From positions 144,026,001 through 144,090,000 of the forward strand of contig NC_088795.1 of the NCBI RefSeq assembly GCF_011386835.1: 64,000 nucleotides of DNA, in the 5' to 3' direction. The translations under genes were made by a program, and so were the position numbers. Position 1 is the stretch's first letter, and each line of letters starts with the position of its first letter. Shown here one piece after another: positions 1 through 10,325 of the stretch. The notes beneath the pieces were generated by a model, which saw only the letters and a list, made by a program, of their open reading frames with translations, did no database searches and had not been told where the DNA came from. The stretch comes from Chrysemys picta bellii. Lineage: Eukaryota.

Positions 1-409
1 TGCCCAGGGCCCGGTATCCGGAGGAGCGGCCTGAGCTCACCCCCGCCGAGGGTCCGGAGGAACCGACCGATCTACCCAGCGCTCGGGGCCCGGAGGAGCC
101 CATGATCTGGGACACGGCAGACGAGACTCAGGAGGAACAGGTACCCATGGAGGAGGAGATGGGAAGTGGCCCGGGGATAGCAGACCCCGAACCCATGTCA
201 GTGTGTTGCGGTCAGGATCCCCACTGACTGCGCGGCAGACGGACTGCTGCGGATAGGGCCCCGGGCTGGAACACAGTGGAGTGGGTGGGCCTGTGTTCCC
301 CCGGGTGGCCGTCTCTCCTCAATCCCTGCATAAGAGGCCTGAGGTCCGAACTGTTACTTGTGTGTTATGTCCCTGCCCAAGGGCCTGAGCTGTGAACTGT
401 TATTAGCTT
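1..409 (+). repeat. Partial LTR unit, head-to-tail with the next LTR unit
   Basis: Matches the distal part of the 3' LTR (about 6595-7036); runs into the TGTAGCGGGGCGG motif at 410. Confidence 0.8.
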
Positions 410-611
410 TGTAGCGGGGCGGCCTGGCTCCCAGCCGCCCCTGCGAGGGATGAGCCAGAACAGCCGCCAGAGTGGGCGGAGCCACCGCCGCCTGTCCCCG
501 CCCCCCGGAAGTCAAGGGGCGGGACAGGAAGTATAAAGGCCAAGCCACAGCGCTCAGTAGCTGCCCGGCAGCGGGAGAGGACAGACGCTGGTGCCCGAGC
601 TCCCGCGGACC

Positions 612-1310
612 TGAGCCTGCCCAGGGCCCGATATCCGGAGGAGGACTGGCCGAGCCTGCCAAGAGCCCGGTATCCGGAGGAGGACTGGCCGAGCCTGCCA
701 AGAGCCCTGTATCCGGAGGAGGACTGGCCGAGCCTGCCGAGAGCCCGGTATCCGGAGGAGGACTGGCCGAGCCTGCCGAGAGCCCGGTATCCGGAGGAGG
801 ACTGGCCGAGCCTGCCGAGAGCCCGGTATCCGGAGGAGGATTGGCCGAGCCTGCCGAGAGCCCGGTATCCGGAGGAGGACTGGCCGAGCCGACCCCGAGC
901 CCGGTATCCGGAGGAGGACTGGCCGAGCCTGCCAAGAGCCCGGTATCCGGAGGAGGACTGACCGAGCCTGCCGAGAGCCCGGTATCCGGAGGAGGACTGG
1001 CCGAGCCGACCCCGAGCCCGGTATCCGGAGGAGGACTGGCCGAGCCGACCCCGAGCCCGGTATCCTGAGGAGGACTGGCCGAGCCTGCCGAGAGCCCGGT
1101 ATCCGGAGGAGGACTGGCCGAGCCTGCCGAGAGCCCGTTATCTGGAGGAGGACTGGCCGAGCCTGCCGAGAGCCCGGTATCAGGAGGAGGACTGGCCGAG
1201 CCTGCCGAGAGCCCGGTATCCGGAGGAGGACTGGCCGAGCCTGCCGAGAACCCGGTATCCGGAGGAGGACTGGCCGAGCCGACCCCGAGCCCGGTATCCG
1301 GAGGAGCGGC
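612..1310 (+). repeat. 36-bp minisatellite inside LTR, about 19 units
   Basis: Unit GAGCCCGGTATCCGGAGGAGGACTGGCCGAGCCTGCC-like; only about 5 units in the 3' LTR. Confidence 0.9.
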
Positions 1311-1611
1311 CTGAGCTCACCCCCGCTGAGGGTCCGGAGGAACCGACCGATCTACCTGGTGCTCGGGGCCCGGAGGAGCCCATGATCTGGGACACAGCAG
1401 ACGAGACTCAGGATGTGCAGGTACCCATGGAGGAGGAGATGGGAAGTGGCCCAGGGATAGCAGACCCCGAACCCATGTCAGTGTGTTGCGGTCAGGATCC
1501 CCACTGACGATGGACTGCTGCGGATAGGGCCCCGGGCTGGAACACAGTGGAGTGGGTGGGCCTGTGTTCCCCCCTGCCACCCCGCGCCGGGTGGCAGTCT
1601 CTCCTCCTCCC

Positions 1612-1960
1612 TGCCTAAGGGCCTGAGCTCTGAACTATTATTTGTGTGTTCAGTCCCTGCCCAAGGGCCTGAGCTCTGAACTGTTAATTGTGTGCTCAAT
1701 CCTTGCCTAAGGGCCTGAGCTCTGAACTGTTAATTGTGTGCTCAATCCTTGCCTAAGGGCCTGAGCTCTGAACTGTTACTTGTGTGCTCAATCCTTGCCT
1801 AAGGGCCTGAGCTCTGAACTGTTACTTGTGTGCTCAATCCTTGCCTAAGGGCCTGAGCTCTGAACTGTTACTTGTGTGCTCAATCCTTGCCCAAGGGCCT
1901 GAGCTCTGAACTGTTACTTGTGTGCTCAATCCTTGCCTAAGGGCCTGAGCCTTAACTGTT
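1612..1960 (+). repeat. 46-bp tandem repeat inside LTR, about 7-8 units
   Basis: Unit CCTAAGGGCCTGAGCTCTGAACTGTTACTTGTGTGCTCAATCCTTG; about 2 units in the 3' LTR. Confidence 0.9.
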
Positions 1961-2045
1961 ATTAGCTTTGTAGCGGGGCGGCCTGGCTCCCAGCCAGCAA
2001 AAGGAGCAAAAGGAGCAGCAGGCCGCACAGCTACAGCAGCAGCTC

Positions 2046-3278
2046 GTGGAGCAGCTGGGAACGCAATGGAACCAGCTCGTTCAAGACCTAATCACCCAGC
2101 ACCAGGACTTCCAGCGGCAATGTCTCCAGCAGCTCGCAGCGGCGCTGGCCCGACCTGGAGAGGCACAGCCAGGAGGCGCAGCCGGGACCACACGGTCCAG
2201 CCCCCCGATCCGGCTGACGAAGATGGTACCCAGCGATGACCCGGAAGCCTTTCTCGTCACCTTCGAGCGGGTGGCCGCCGTCGCCGGCTGGGCCCCGGAG
2301 CTATGGGCTTCCATCTTGGCCCCGTACTTGACTGGGACGACGCAGACAGTCTATCGAGGCCTGTCGGTGGAAGCCGCCCAAGACTACAGCCAAGTAAAGG
2401 CTGCCATTCTGGATGCCCTGGATGTGAGCCCCGAGACTTTCCGCCAGCAGTTTAGGAGTCTGACCTACCCCACGGGGGCCCGGCCTCGACGGGTGGCCCA
2501 GGAACTCCGGGAAACCTGCAAGCGGTGGTTGCAGCCTGAGCGCCGAACGTCGGAAGAGTTAATGGAGCAGGTGGTGCTGGAGCAGTTCACCCACGTTCTT
2601 CCACCACGGGGACGGGCCTGGGTCCTCCGCCACCGGCCAGCAACCCTGGCCGCCGCCGTTTCACTAATGGAGGACTTCCTTGCGGCTGAAATGCCGATAG
2701 GCCCGGGAGTTCGAGTAGCCCCACCAGGGGCAGAGCACCCTAACCCCAAGAAGAAAGGGGCGCCCGCTCGAGCGGATTTACGGGTTTCCTCCCGGGGAAC
2801 CGAGGACTGGACTCGTGCCCCGGTGGTGCCCAGGCGACCCACTCGGATCCCGATCCCCGCAGGGCGAAGAGACCACCGAAGTCCTCCTGGAAACCACTCT
2901 GGGACTCGGCTCCGGACGGGACGGGCAACCCTGGGGCCCTGTTTCTCCTGCGGGGAGTACGGCCATCTCCAGAGGGATTGCCCGGGATTGGAGTGTACCT
3001 TTGGTCAGGTCTGTGCAGGGGAGGCTCGTGCCCGTCCTTCTCAAGCGGCTAAGCTCACCGTACCGGTGGTCATTGAGGGATACCCGACGGTGGCCCTCCT
3101 CAACTTGGGCTGCGGACAGACGCTAGTCCGCCGACACTTTGGTCCCCCGGCGGGCGCCCGACTGGGTGAAATTCGCCTACAGTGCATCCATGGGGACATC
3201 CAGCCCTACCAGAGTACCCGGGCCCAACTGACGATTGAGGGGGTCACCCGATCAATGATGGTGGGACTTGCCCCATGA
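2046..3278 (+). pseudogene. Gag (SCAN-like capsid, zinc knuckle) and aspartic protease, 5'-truncated, ends at an in-frame TGA
   Basis: [22 protein letters not shown]2CX4HX4C; protease motif degraded to ALLNLG; same frame resumes at 3291 (VILGRDW). Confidence 0.88.
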
Positions 3279-3639
3279 CTGGCATACCCCGTGATCCTGG
3301 GTCGGGACTGGCCGGAGTTTCCAGCAATCCTCCGCTGCCACGCAGGAAACGACCCTCGGGCCATGCCAGCCTTAGAAGGGGAGGCCCCCGAGAGCGAAGG
3401 AGAGGAGAGAGAAGCCCCTGAGACAACCAGCTCGACGGGAGAACCCGAGAATGCTTCCCCAGGAGCAGGGGAGAATCCCTCACCCACCACGGACTTTTGC
3501 TGGGATCAACGGGCCGACCCCACACTTCAGCGGGTATACGAACAATTGGCCGTGTCGGAGGGGACTGTCCTCGACCCTGGTCGAGCGGCCCAGTGGCCAC
3601 ACTTTGAGTTGCGGCAGGAGCGCCTGTATCGTGTCGAAC

Positions 3640-4730
3640 GGGACCCCCACACGGGGGAGACCCAGACCCAACTCCTCGTTCCCCGGTGTCATCGACGGTC
3701 CGTCATGAAGTTGGCCCACGACGTCCCCGCGGCTGGACACCTCGGTCACGAGAAGACCCTGGCCCGGATTTTGGGACGCTTCTTCTGGCCGGGGGTGTAC
3801 CAGGAGGTAAAGAATTATTGTAATTCCTGCCCGGGTTGCCAGTTGGCTGCCCCGGCGCGGGCTCCCAAGGCCCCGTTGATCCCGATGCCCCTAATCGAGA
3901 CCCTCTTTGAGCGCGTGGCCATGGACCTGGTGGGGCCTCTTCCCAAGAGCAGAGCGGGGTTTCAATACATCTTAGTGATGTTGGACTATGCCACCTGGTT
4001 CCCCGAGGCAATTCCCCTCCGGAACATTACAGCCCGCACGATCACCGATGAGCTGGTGAAGGTTTTTGCCCGCGTCGGCCTACCCCACGAAATCCTTACG
4101 GATCAAGGGACGAACTTTGCGGTTGCTCCGGCAGGTGTGTGAGCTTCTGGGGGTCAAGCAACTGCGGACGTCAGTCTATCATCCCCAGACTGATGGACTG
4201 GTCGAGAGGTTTAACCGGACCCTAAAAGACATGCTCCGTAAGTTTCCCCAGGAGGACCTTCGGCGATGGGACCAGCTACTCCCGCCCTTGCTCCTGGCAG
4301 TCCGAGAGGTCCCCCAGTCGTCGACGAACTTCTCGCCGTTTGAACTGCTGTACGGCCGTCAACCGCGGGGCCTATTGGACCTAATGAGGGAAACTTGGGA
4401 GCAAACCCCCTCACCGGCCCAGGGCCTCTTCAAGTACGTGATCCAGCTCCAAGAGCGTCTTAAGCAGGCTGGAGACTGGTCCCGAGAGAATTTGAAAGCC
4501 GCCCAGGAGGCGCAAGCCCAGACGTACAACCGGGACGCCCAAACACGGGACTTTTTACCCAGAGACCGGGTATTACTCCTCCTCCCCTCCAGTGAGTCGA
4601 AGATTCTGGCTCGCTGGCAAGGACCATATGAGGTAGTCCGGAAGGTGGGCCCGGTTACATATGAGATCGACCAGCCCGATCGGAAGAAGAGGATACAGCG
4701 GTACCACGTCAACCTGCTCAAGCCCTGGCG
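3640..4730 (+). pseudogene. Integrase with frameshift near 4120
   Basis: AHDVPAAGHLG...CNSCPGC zinc finger, MDLVGP, TDQGTNF, YHPQTDGLVERFN, WQGPY. Confidence 0.9.
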
Positions 4731-5029
4731 GGAACGGGAAGCGCTTTTGATTAACCCCTACCCACCAGAACCTGAGCTAGGGCCCCAGATAGCCCATACC
4801 CAGGACCCTGAGGAACCCCAACTTGGGGAGACCCTAACGGAGGACCAACTCAAGCAAACCCGGTGCCTCCTACGAGCCTTCCCTCACACCTTCACGGCCC
4901 AACCGGGAGCCACCACCCTGGTGTACCATAGGATCCAAACGGAGCCGGGGGTGGTTATTCGTGGCGCGACCAGGCCCTTGCCATATCACCGGAGATGCGT
5001 CGTGGATAAGGAGGTACGGGCGATGCTGG

Positions 5030-6215
5030 ACCTGGGGGTGATTGAACCCTCGCACAGCGAGTGGCGTAGCCCAGTCGTGCTGGTACCGAAGCCCGACGGC
5101 TCCCAACGGTTCTGCATCGACTTCAGGCGCGTGAATGCCATCTCCAAGTTTGATGCCTACCCCATGCCCCGGATAGCCGAGATGTTGGCCCGGTTAGGAG
5201 GAGCCCGCTACATCACGACCCTTGACCTTAGCAAGGGGTATTGGCAAATCCCCCTGGAACCTACTTCCAGGGAGAAAACTGCATTCGCCACCCCTAAGGG
5301 CTTATACCAGTTTACCCGAATGCCCTTCAGTCTCCACGGGGCCCCGGCCACGTTTCAGCGCCTGATGGACCGCCTCCTCCAACCCCACCAAGACTACGCG
5401 GCGGCCTATTTGGATGACGTGGTCATTTACAGTCCGTAGTGGGAGAACCATCTAGAAAGGGTCGCAGCCGTCCTGAGGTCCCTGCGGGCAGCCGGGCAAA
5501 TGGCCAACCCGAAGAAGTGCTGCATCGGCCGACAAGAAACCAAGTATCTGGGGTACGCTATCGGACATGGACAGGTAAAACCGCTGGTGGACAAGGTGCA
5601 GGCCATTGCAACCTGCCCCCCACCCGCCACGAAACGGCAGGTATGCCACTTTCTGGGGCTGGCGGGGTATTATCGACGCTTCATCCCCCAATTTGCGGCA
5701 ATTGCCGCCCCCTTAACGGGGCTCTTGACGAAGGAAAGCCCACGGCAAGTGGTCTGGACCCGCGAGTGCGACGAGGCCTTCCAAACCCTCAAAACAAGCC
5801 TCTGCCAAGAGCCAGTCTTATATAGCCCCGATTTTAACCAGGCCTTTGTCCTGCAAACGGACGCTTCGGAGGTGAGCCTAGGGGCGGTCCTCTCCCAAGA
5901 GGTCAGCGGGGAAGAGCATCCAGTCCTCTACATCAGTCGGAAGCTGTTCCCCCGAGAGAAGAATTATGCGGTGGTGGAAAAGGAAGCCCTAGCCACGAAG
6001 TGGGCTTGTGACGCCCTGCGCTACTACCTCCTAGGAGCCCCTTTCATCTTGGTCACCGACCACTCTGCCCTCCAGTGGTTGGCCCGCATGAAGGACCATA
6101 ATATGCGGCTGCAACGGTGGTACTTGGCGCTGCAACCTTATGCCTTCACCGTTTGCCATCGGGCCGGGAAAGACCACGCGAACGCCGACTTCCTTTCCCG
6201 CCTAGGGGGTATGGA
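5030..6215 (+). pseudogene. Reverse transcriptase and RNase H with in-frame TAG at 5437-5439
   Basis: SPVVLVPKPDGSQRFCIDFR, LDLSKGYWQ, YLDD; LQTDAS, EKEALA, TDH, ADFLSR. Confidence 0.92.
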
Positions 6216-6247
6216 AGAGTCTGTCCCCGGTACCCGGGAACCAGCCT

Positions 6248-6258
6248 TGAGGGGGGGG
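6248..6258 (+). other. Polypurine tract
   Basis: GAGGGGGGGG run just upstream of the 3' LTR start. Confidence 0.8.
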
Positions 6259-6261
6259 CCG

Positions 6262-7102
6262 TGTAGCGGGGCGGCCTGGCTCACAGCCGCCCCTGTAAGG
6301 GACGAGCCAGAACAGCCGCCAGAGTGGGCGGAGCCACCACCGCCTGTCCCCACCCCTGGAAGTGAAGGGGCGGGACAGGAAGTATAAAGGCCAAGCCACA
6401 GCGCTCAGTAGCTGCCCGGCAGCGGGAGAGGACAGACGCTGGTGCCCGAGCTCCCGCTGGCCTGAGCCTGCCCAGGGCCCGGTATTCAGAGGAGGACTGG
6501 CCGAGCCTGCCCCGGGCCCGGTATCCGGAGGAGGACTGGCCGAGCCTGCCAAGAGCCCTGTATCCGGAGGAGGACTGGCCGAGCCTGCCCAGGGCCCGGT
6601 ATCCGGAGGAGGACTGGCCGAGCCGACCCCGAGCCCGGTATCCGGAGGAGCGGCCTGAGCTCACCCCCGCCGAGTGTCCGGAGGAACCGACCGATCTACC
6701 CAGCGCTCGGGGCCCGGAGAAGCCCATGATCTGGGACACGGCAGACGAGACTCAGGATGTCAGGTACCCATGGAGGAGGAGATGGGAAGTGGCCCGGGGA
6801 TAGCAGACCCCGAACCCATGTCAGTGTGTTGCGGTCAGGATCCCCACTGACGATGGACTGCTGCGGATAGGGCCCCGGGCTGGAACACAGTGGAGTGGGT
6901 GGGCCTGTGTTCCCCCCTGCCACCCCGCGCCGGGTGGCAGTCTCTCCTCCTCCCTGCATAAGGGCCTGAGCTCTGAACTGTTACTTGTGTGCTCAATCCC
7001 TGCCCAAGGGCCTGAGCTGTGAACTGTTATTAGCTTTGTAGCGGGGCGGCCTGGCTCCCAGCCGCCCCTGTGAGGGACGAGCCCCACCCCGGAACCTCTA
7101 CA
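6262..7102 (+). repeat. 3' LTR of the Gmr1-like element
   Basis: TGTAG...CTACA termini; TATAAA near 6383; start motif repeated internally at 7037. Confidence 0.88.
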
Positions 7103-7589
7103 GGCTCTCAACACTCAATTGAAGGGAACAAATAAGCAGGCTGGTAGCAGGGCCTGAGTGAGGGAAGATATCAGCATCTTAAGGGCCTAATTGGCTCCTC
7201 CTACTTCAGTTGACTGCCTGTTCTCCTCAAGGGGGTTCAGGGAAGCAGCAGGAACCAGGAAGCTCCCTGAGAAGCTGGTGTGAATCAATCCAGGCTCCTG
7301 GGGGTGCTGGAGAGGTACATAAGAGACTCCTCCTCCTCTCTCTCCCTGCAGCTCCTGCTGCTTTCTATTATTCCCTGTCCCCTTTTCTCCTGCCTGCCTG
7401 TTCTGTCTCTTGTGCCCTCCTTCCTCCAGCCCAGCACTCCACCATCTCTGTGCATCTCGAGCAGAGAGAATACAGATGCACCAGCAGCAGACACAATTTT
7501 CTACACTCTGGGTCCTAGTGATGCCCCCACACAGACACAGTCTGGCACCTGAGGCGGCTGCCTCAGTTCTCCTCATGGTAAGGCCAGCC

Positions 7590-7650
7590 CTGCTGGGGAT
7601 TACAGTGGACGAGAAGCTGGATATGAGTCAGCAGTGGGCCCTTGTTGCCC
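7590..7650 (+). mobile_element. CR1 LINE RT fragment
   Basis: Encodes GITVDEKLDMSQQWALVA, a typical CR1 ORF2 segment. Confidence 0.7.
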
Positions 7651-8778
7651 CGTATCTGGGCAAGAGGGACTGAGGGGGGGGAAAGGGCTGTGACTCCAGT
7701 TTGCTCATGTCCCCCACCCCCACCTCAGTTCCACCTGCAACCGACACTATTCGTGGTGTGTGTGACCCCCGCAGCGCCTGGGCGCCCCATTGTCCTGCAC
7801 ACACGCAGCCAGACAGGCTCTGCCCCCAGCAGCTCCCAGTCGACAGAGAAGCCCCAGGCAAAGGGCCAGGCCGAACCGAGGGGATCCGGCGCACGTCAGG
7901 CCCTCCCCTGTGCCGGGCATGGAGCATTTCCCCGAGGGCAGCCGTCGCTCACCATGCCCCAGAGCAGGCGAGCTTCTGAGCAGCACGAGGGGCCTGTGGT
8001 TAGAGCCCATGGCTGGGAGTCAGGCCGTCCGGGGTCTCCCCAGGGAAGTGTTAATGTGCAAGGCCAGGTGTGCAAAGGGAGGCACTGAGCAGCCTGCCCC
8101 CGTCACTAGCAGTGCCCGGCTCCCGGGTCAGTGCCCAACTCACCACCCGGCAGCTGCCTGGGATGGCTGCTGGCCTCCTGCGGGGGCTGGGTTCGGCTCA
8201 CGTACGCCCACGACAAGGCCGGGGAGAATTTCCCGAATGTTTTTCTGTTCGTTGTGATCACTGGCTGGGGGAGACAAATCCAACTGCCCAATGAACGCTC
8301 CAGGGGGCCTGGCGAAGTGGCTGTGAAGGGGGATTATGCCCGTTCGTGCCTTAAACAATCCCCGAGCTGTGTGCCTGCACCGGGGCTCCCACCCCTTCCC
8401 TCCCACCCCTTCGTTCCTCTCTATCCAGCTGACACCTGCCCCCTCTGGGGTCTCCCAACCCCTCCTGCTGCCCAGGGTTCCCCTCCCATCCCAGGGCTGG
8501 GCCCCCTGCCCTGCTCCTTGCTGGGGATGGTGAAAGAGTAGAGGAGGAATAGGGAATCCAGGAAGTGCCCCATGGAGTCGAGGAGCTTCCCGTGGGCTTG
8601 GTCCCAGCCGATGGTTATTGTCTTTTGTTCCCAGCAGCGTGGGTCAAAGGCCCCGGATACAGAGCGGCTGTCTTCTCCCGCTGGGGAGGTACCGCGCTGG
8701 GCAAGGGGACGAGAGTGACGGGACCACTGCAGTGCGAGCTGCTCTGGGTGTGGATCTGGGGGAGGGGGAGACGCTGAT

Positions 8779-9852
8779 TGTAACTATGCTGGTTCTGGTG
8801 GGACCCAACTGAGAGTGCCAATTCAGGACAAATTGCTCAAACAGGGCAGTTACAGCCCAAGGCTGGGGGTTTTCCACCTCTAAGGCAAACCAAACCAGCC
8901 AGACTAAGAGGACTTTGGTTTCACCCCACTGGCTAACCACAAGTCACACAAGCAATTCCCTTAGACACTCCAGTTTCCCAGTATCACCACCAGTGCCACT
9001 CGTTATGGGGACAAATGGTTATGAAAACCAATACCCCAGTAAAAGAAAAAAGGTTCTTCTGATCCCTAAGGACCAAGCCACAGACCCAGGTCAATATACA
9101 AATCAGATCTTACCCACAAATCACGCTGTTGCCAATCCTTTAGAACCTAAAATCTAAAGGTTTATTGATAAAAGAAAAAAGATAGAGATGAGAGCTAGAA
9201 TTGGTTAAATGGAATCAATTACATACAGTAATGGCAAAGTCTTGGTTCAGGCTTGTAGCAGTGATAGAATAAACTGCAGGTTCAAATCAAGTCTCTGGAA
9301 TACATCCCCCGCTGGGATGGGTCCTCAGTCCTTTGTTCAGAGCTTCTGTTTGTAGCAAAGTCCCTCCAGAGGTAAGAAGCAGGATTGAAGACAAGATGGA
9401 GATGAGGCATCAGCCTTTTATAGTCTTTTCCAGGTGTAAGAACACCTCTTTGTTCTTACTGTGGAAAATTACAGCAAAATGGAGTCTGGAGTCACATGGG
9501 CCAGTCTCTGCATACTTTGCTGAGTTACAAACCGTATTTGCCTTCTCTCAATGAGTCCATTGTATAGCTGATGGTCCTTAATGGGCCATCAAGCAGGCTA
9601 GGCAGAGCTAACACCAACTTGTCTGGGATGTCACCCAGAAGCATAGCATAAGTTTGCCATACAGACAGTACAGAGCCAATATTCATAACTTCAACTACAA
9701 AATTGATACACACATATAGACAGAATAATCATAACCAGCCAACCATAACCTTGTCTTAGACATCTCATTTGTCCCCCTTTATACACGATTTGGTGCCACT
9801 ACAGGACTTTGGTTGCTTCTATATGGTCCCGGTTCAAATCAATAACGTGACA
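8779..9852 (-). mobile_element. Solo LTR, family A
   Basis: TG...CA ends, 5-bp TSD CTGAT (8774-8778 / 9853-9857); empty site in unit 2 near 31858. Confidence 0.93.
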
Positions 9853-10325
9853 CTGATCCACAAACATCTGCCATCCCCTTCCAGACAGGATCACAGCCCA
9901 TTAATCTGGGGAGCTGCTGAGAGCGTGGGGCATGGACCTCCATGGCCAGCCTGTCGCCAGCTAGGGCTGGCGTTTAAAGAGGCAGCGTCTGCCTAGTGAA
10001 GCCCCCTGCCCTGCTCCTCAGCCCCTCTACCTTGAGCCCCTGCGAGAGATTGTCTCCCCCCGTCCCCAAACCATACCTGGTGCTCCTCTCGCAGGGCAGG
10101 GCTGATGGGTGGGTGCTGAGGTAGCTGGGAGTGGGGGTGATGAGATGGCAGGGCGGTGGGTGGAGGCGTGACAGGTGTTTGCCAGGAGTCAGTGAGGGTG
10201 GGGGTAGTCCAGTGCAGCGAGAAGCCAGGGGCACTGCGGGAAGTGGCCGGTGGATCAGGAATGTCCCAACCCGCTCCCCTGATTTAATCTCTGTCTGCTC
10301 TAGTGTGCCTGGGCTGAGCGGCCCC

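Larger units (their letters stand above)
410..1995 (+). repeat. 5' LTR unit with expanded internal arrays; LTR end, PBS and gag start deleted
   Basis: Starts TGTAGCGGGGCGG like 6262; the motif recurs at 1969 and is fused at CCCAGCC to gag sequence instead of ending in CTACA. Confidence 0.8.
1..7102 (+). mobile_element. Gmr1-like Ty3/Gypsy LTR retrotransposon (gag-PR-IN-RT-RH order), recently inactivated; left end outside window
   Basis: SCAN-like gag, CCHC knuckle ([14 protein letters not shown]), integrase before RT, YLDD RT, RNase H, PPT and matching LTR sequence on both sides. Confidence 0.93.

Noticed and set aside
354-1395. Pro/Gly-rich ORFs on both strands (also 6202-6739)
   Set aside because: By-products of a stop-free 36-bp LTR minisatellite; no domain content.
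2046-2700. Host SCAN-domain (ZSCAN) gene
   Set aside because: The SCAN-like region is the Gmr1 gag capsid, continuous with protease and pol; no C2H2 array.
3096-3110. APOBEC editing in the first Gmr1 element (protease D>N)
   Set aside because: Only isolated GA>AA candidates; most GA-containing motifs (YLDD, TDAS) are intact.
7103-7560. Unassigned sequence after the Gmr1 3' LTR (also 15735-16600 and 48310-49050)
   Set aside because: Probably old repeat or MITE fragments, but I could not define termini, TSDs or coding motifs.
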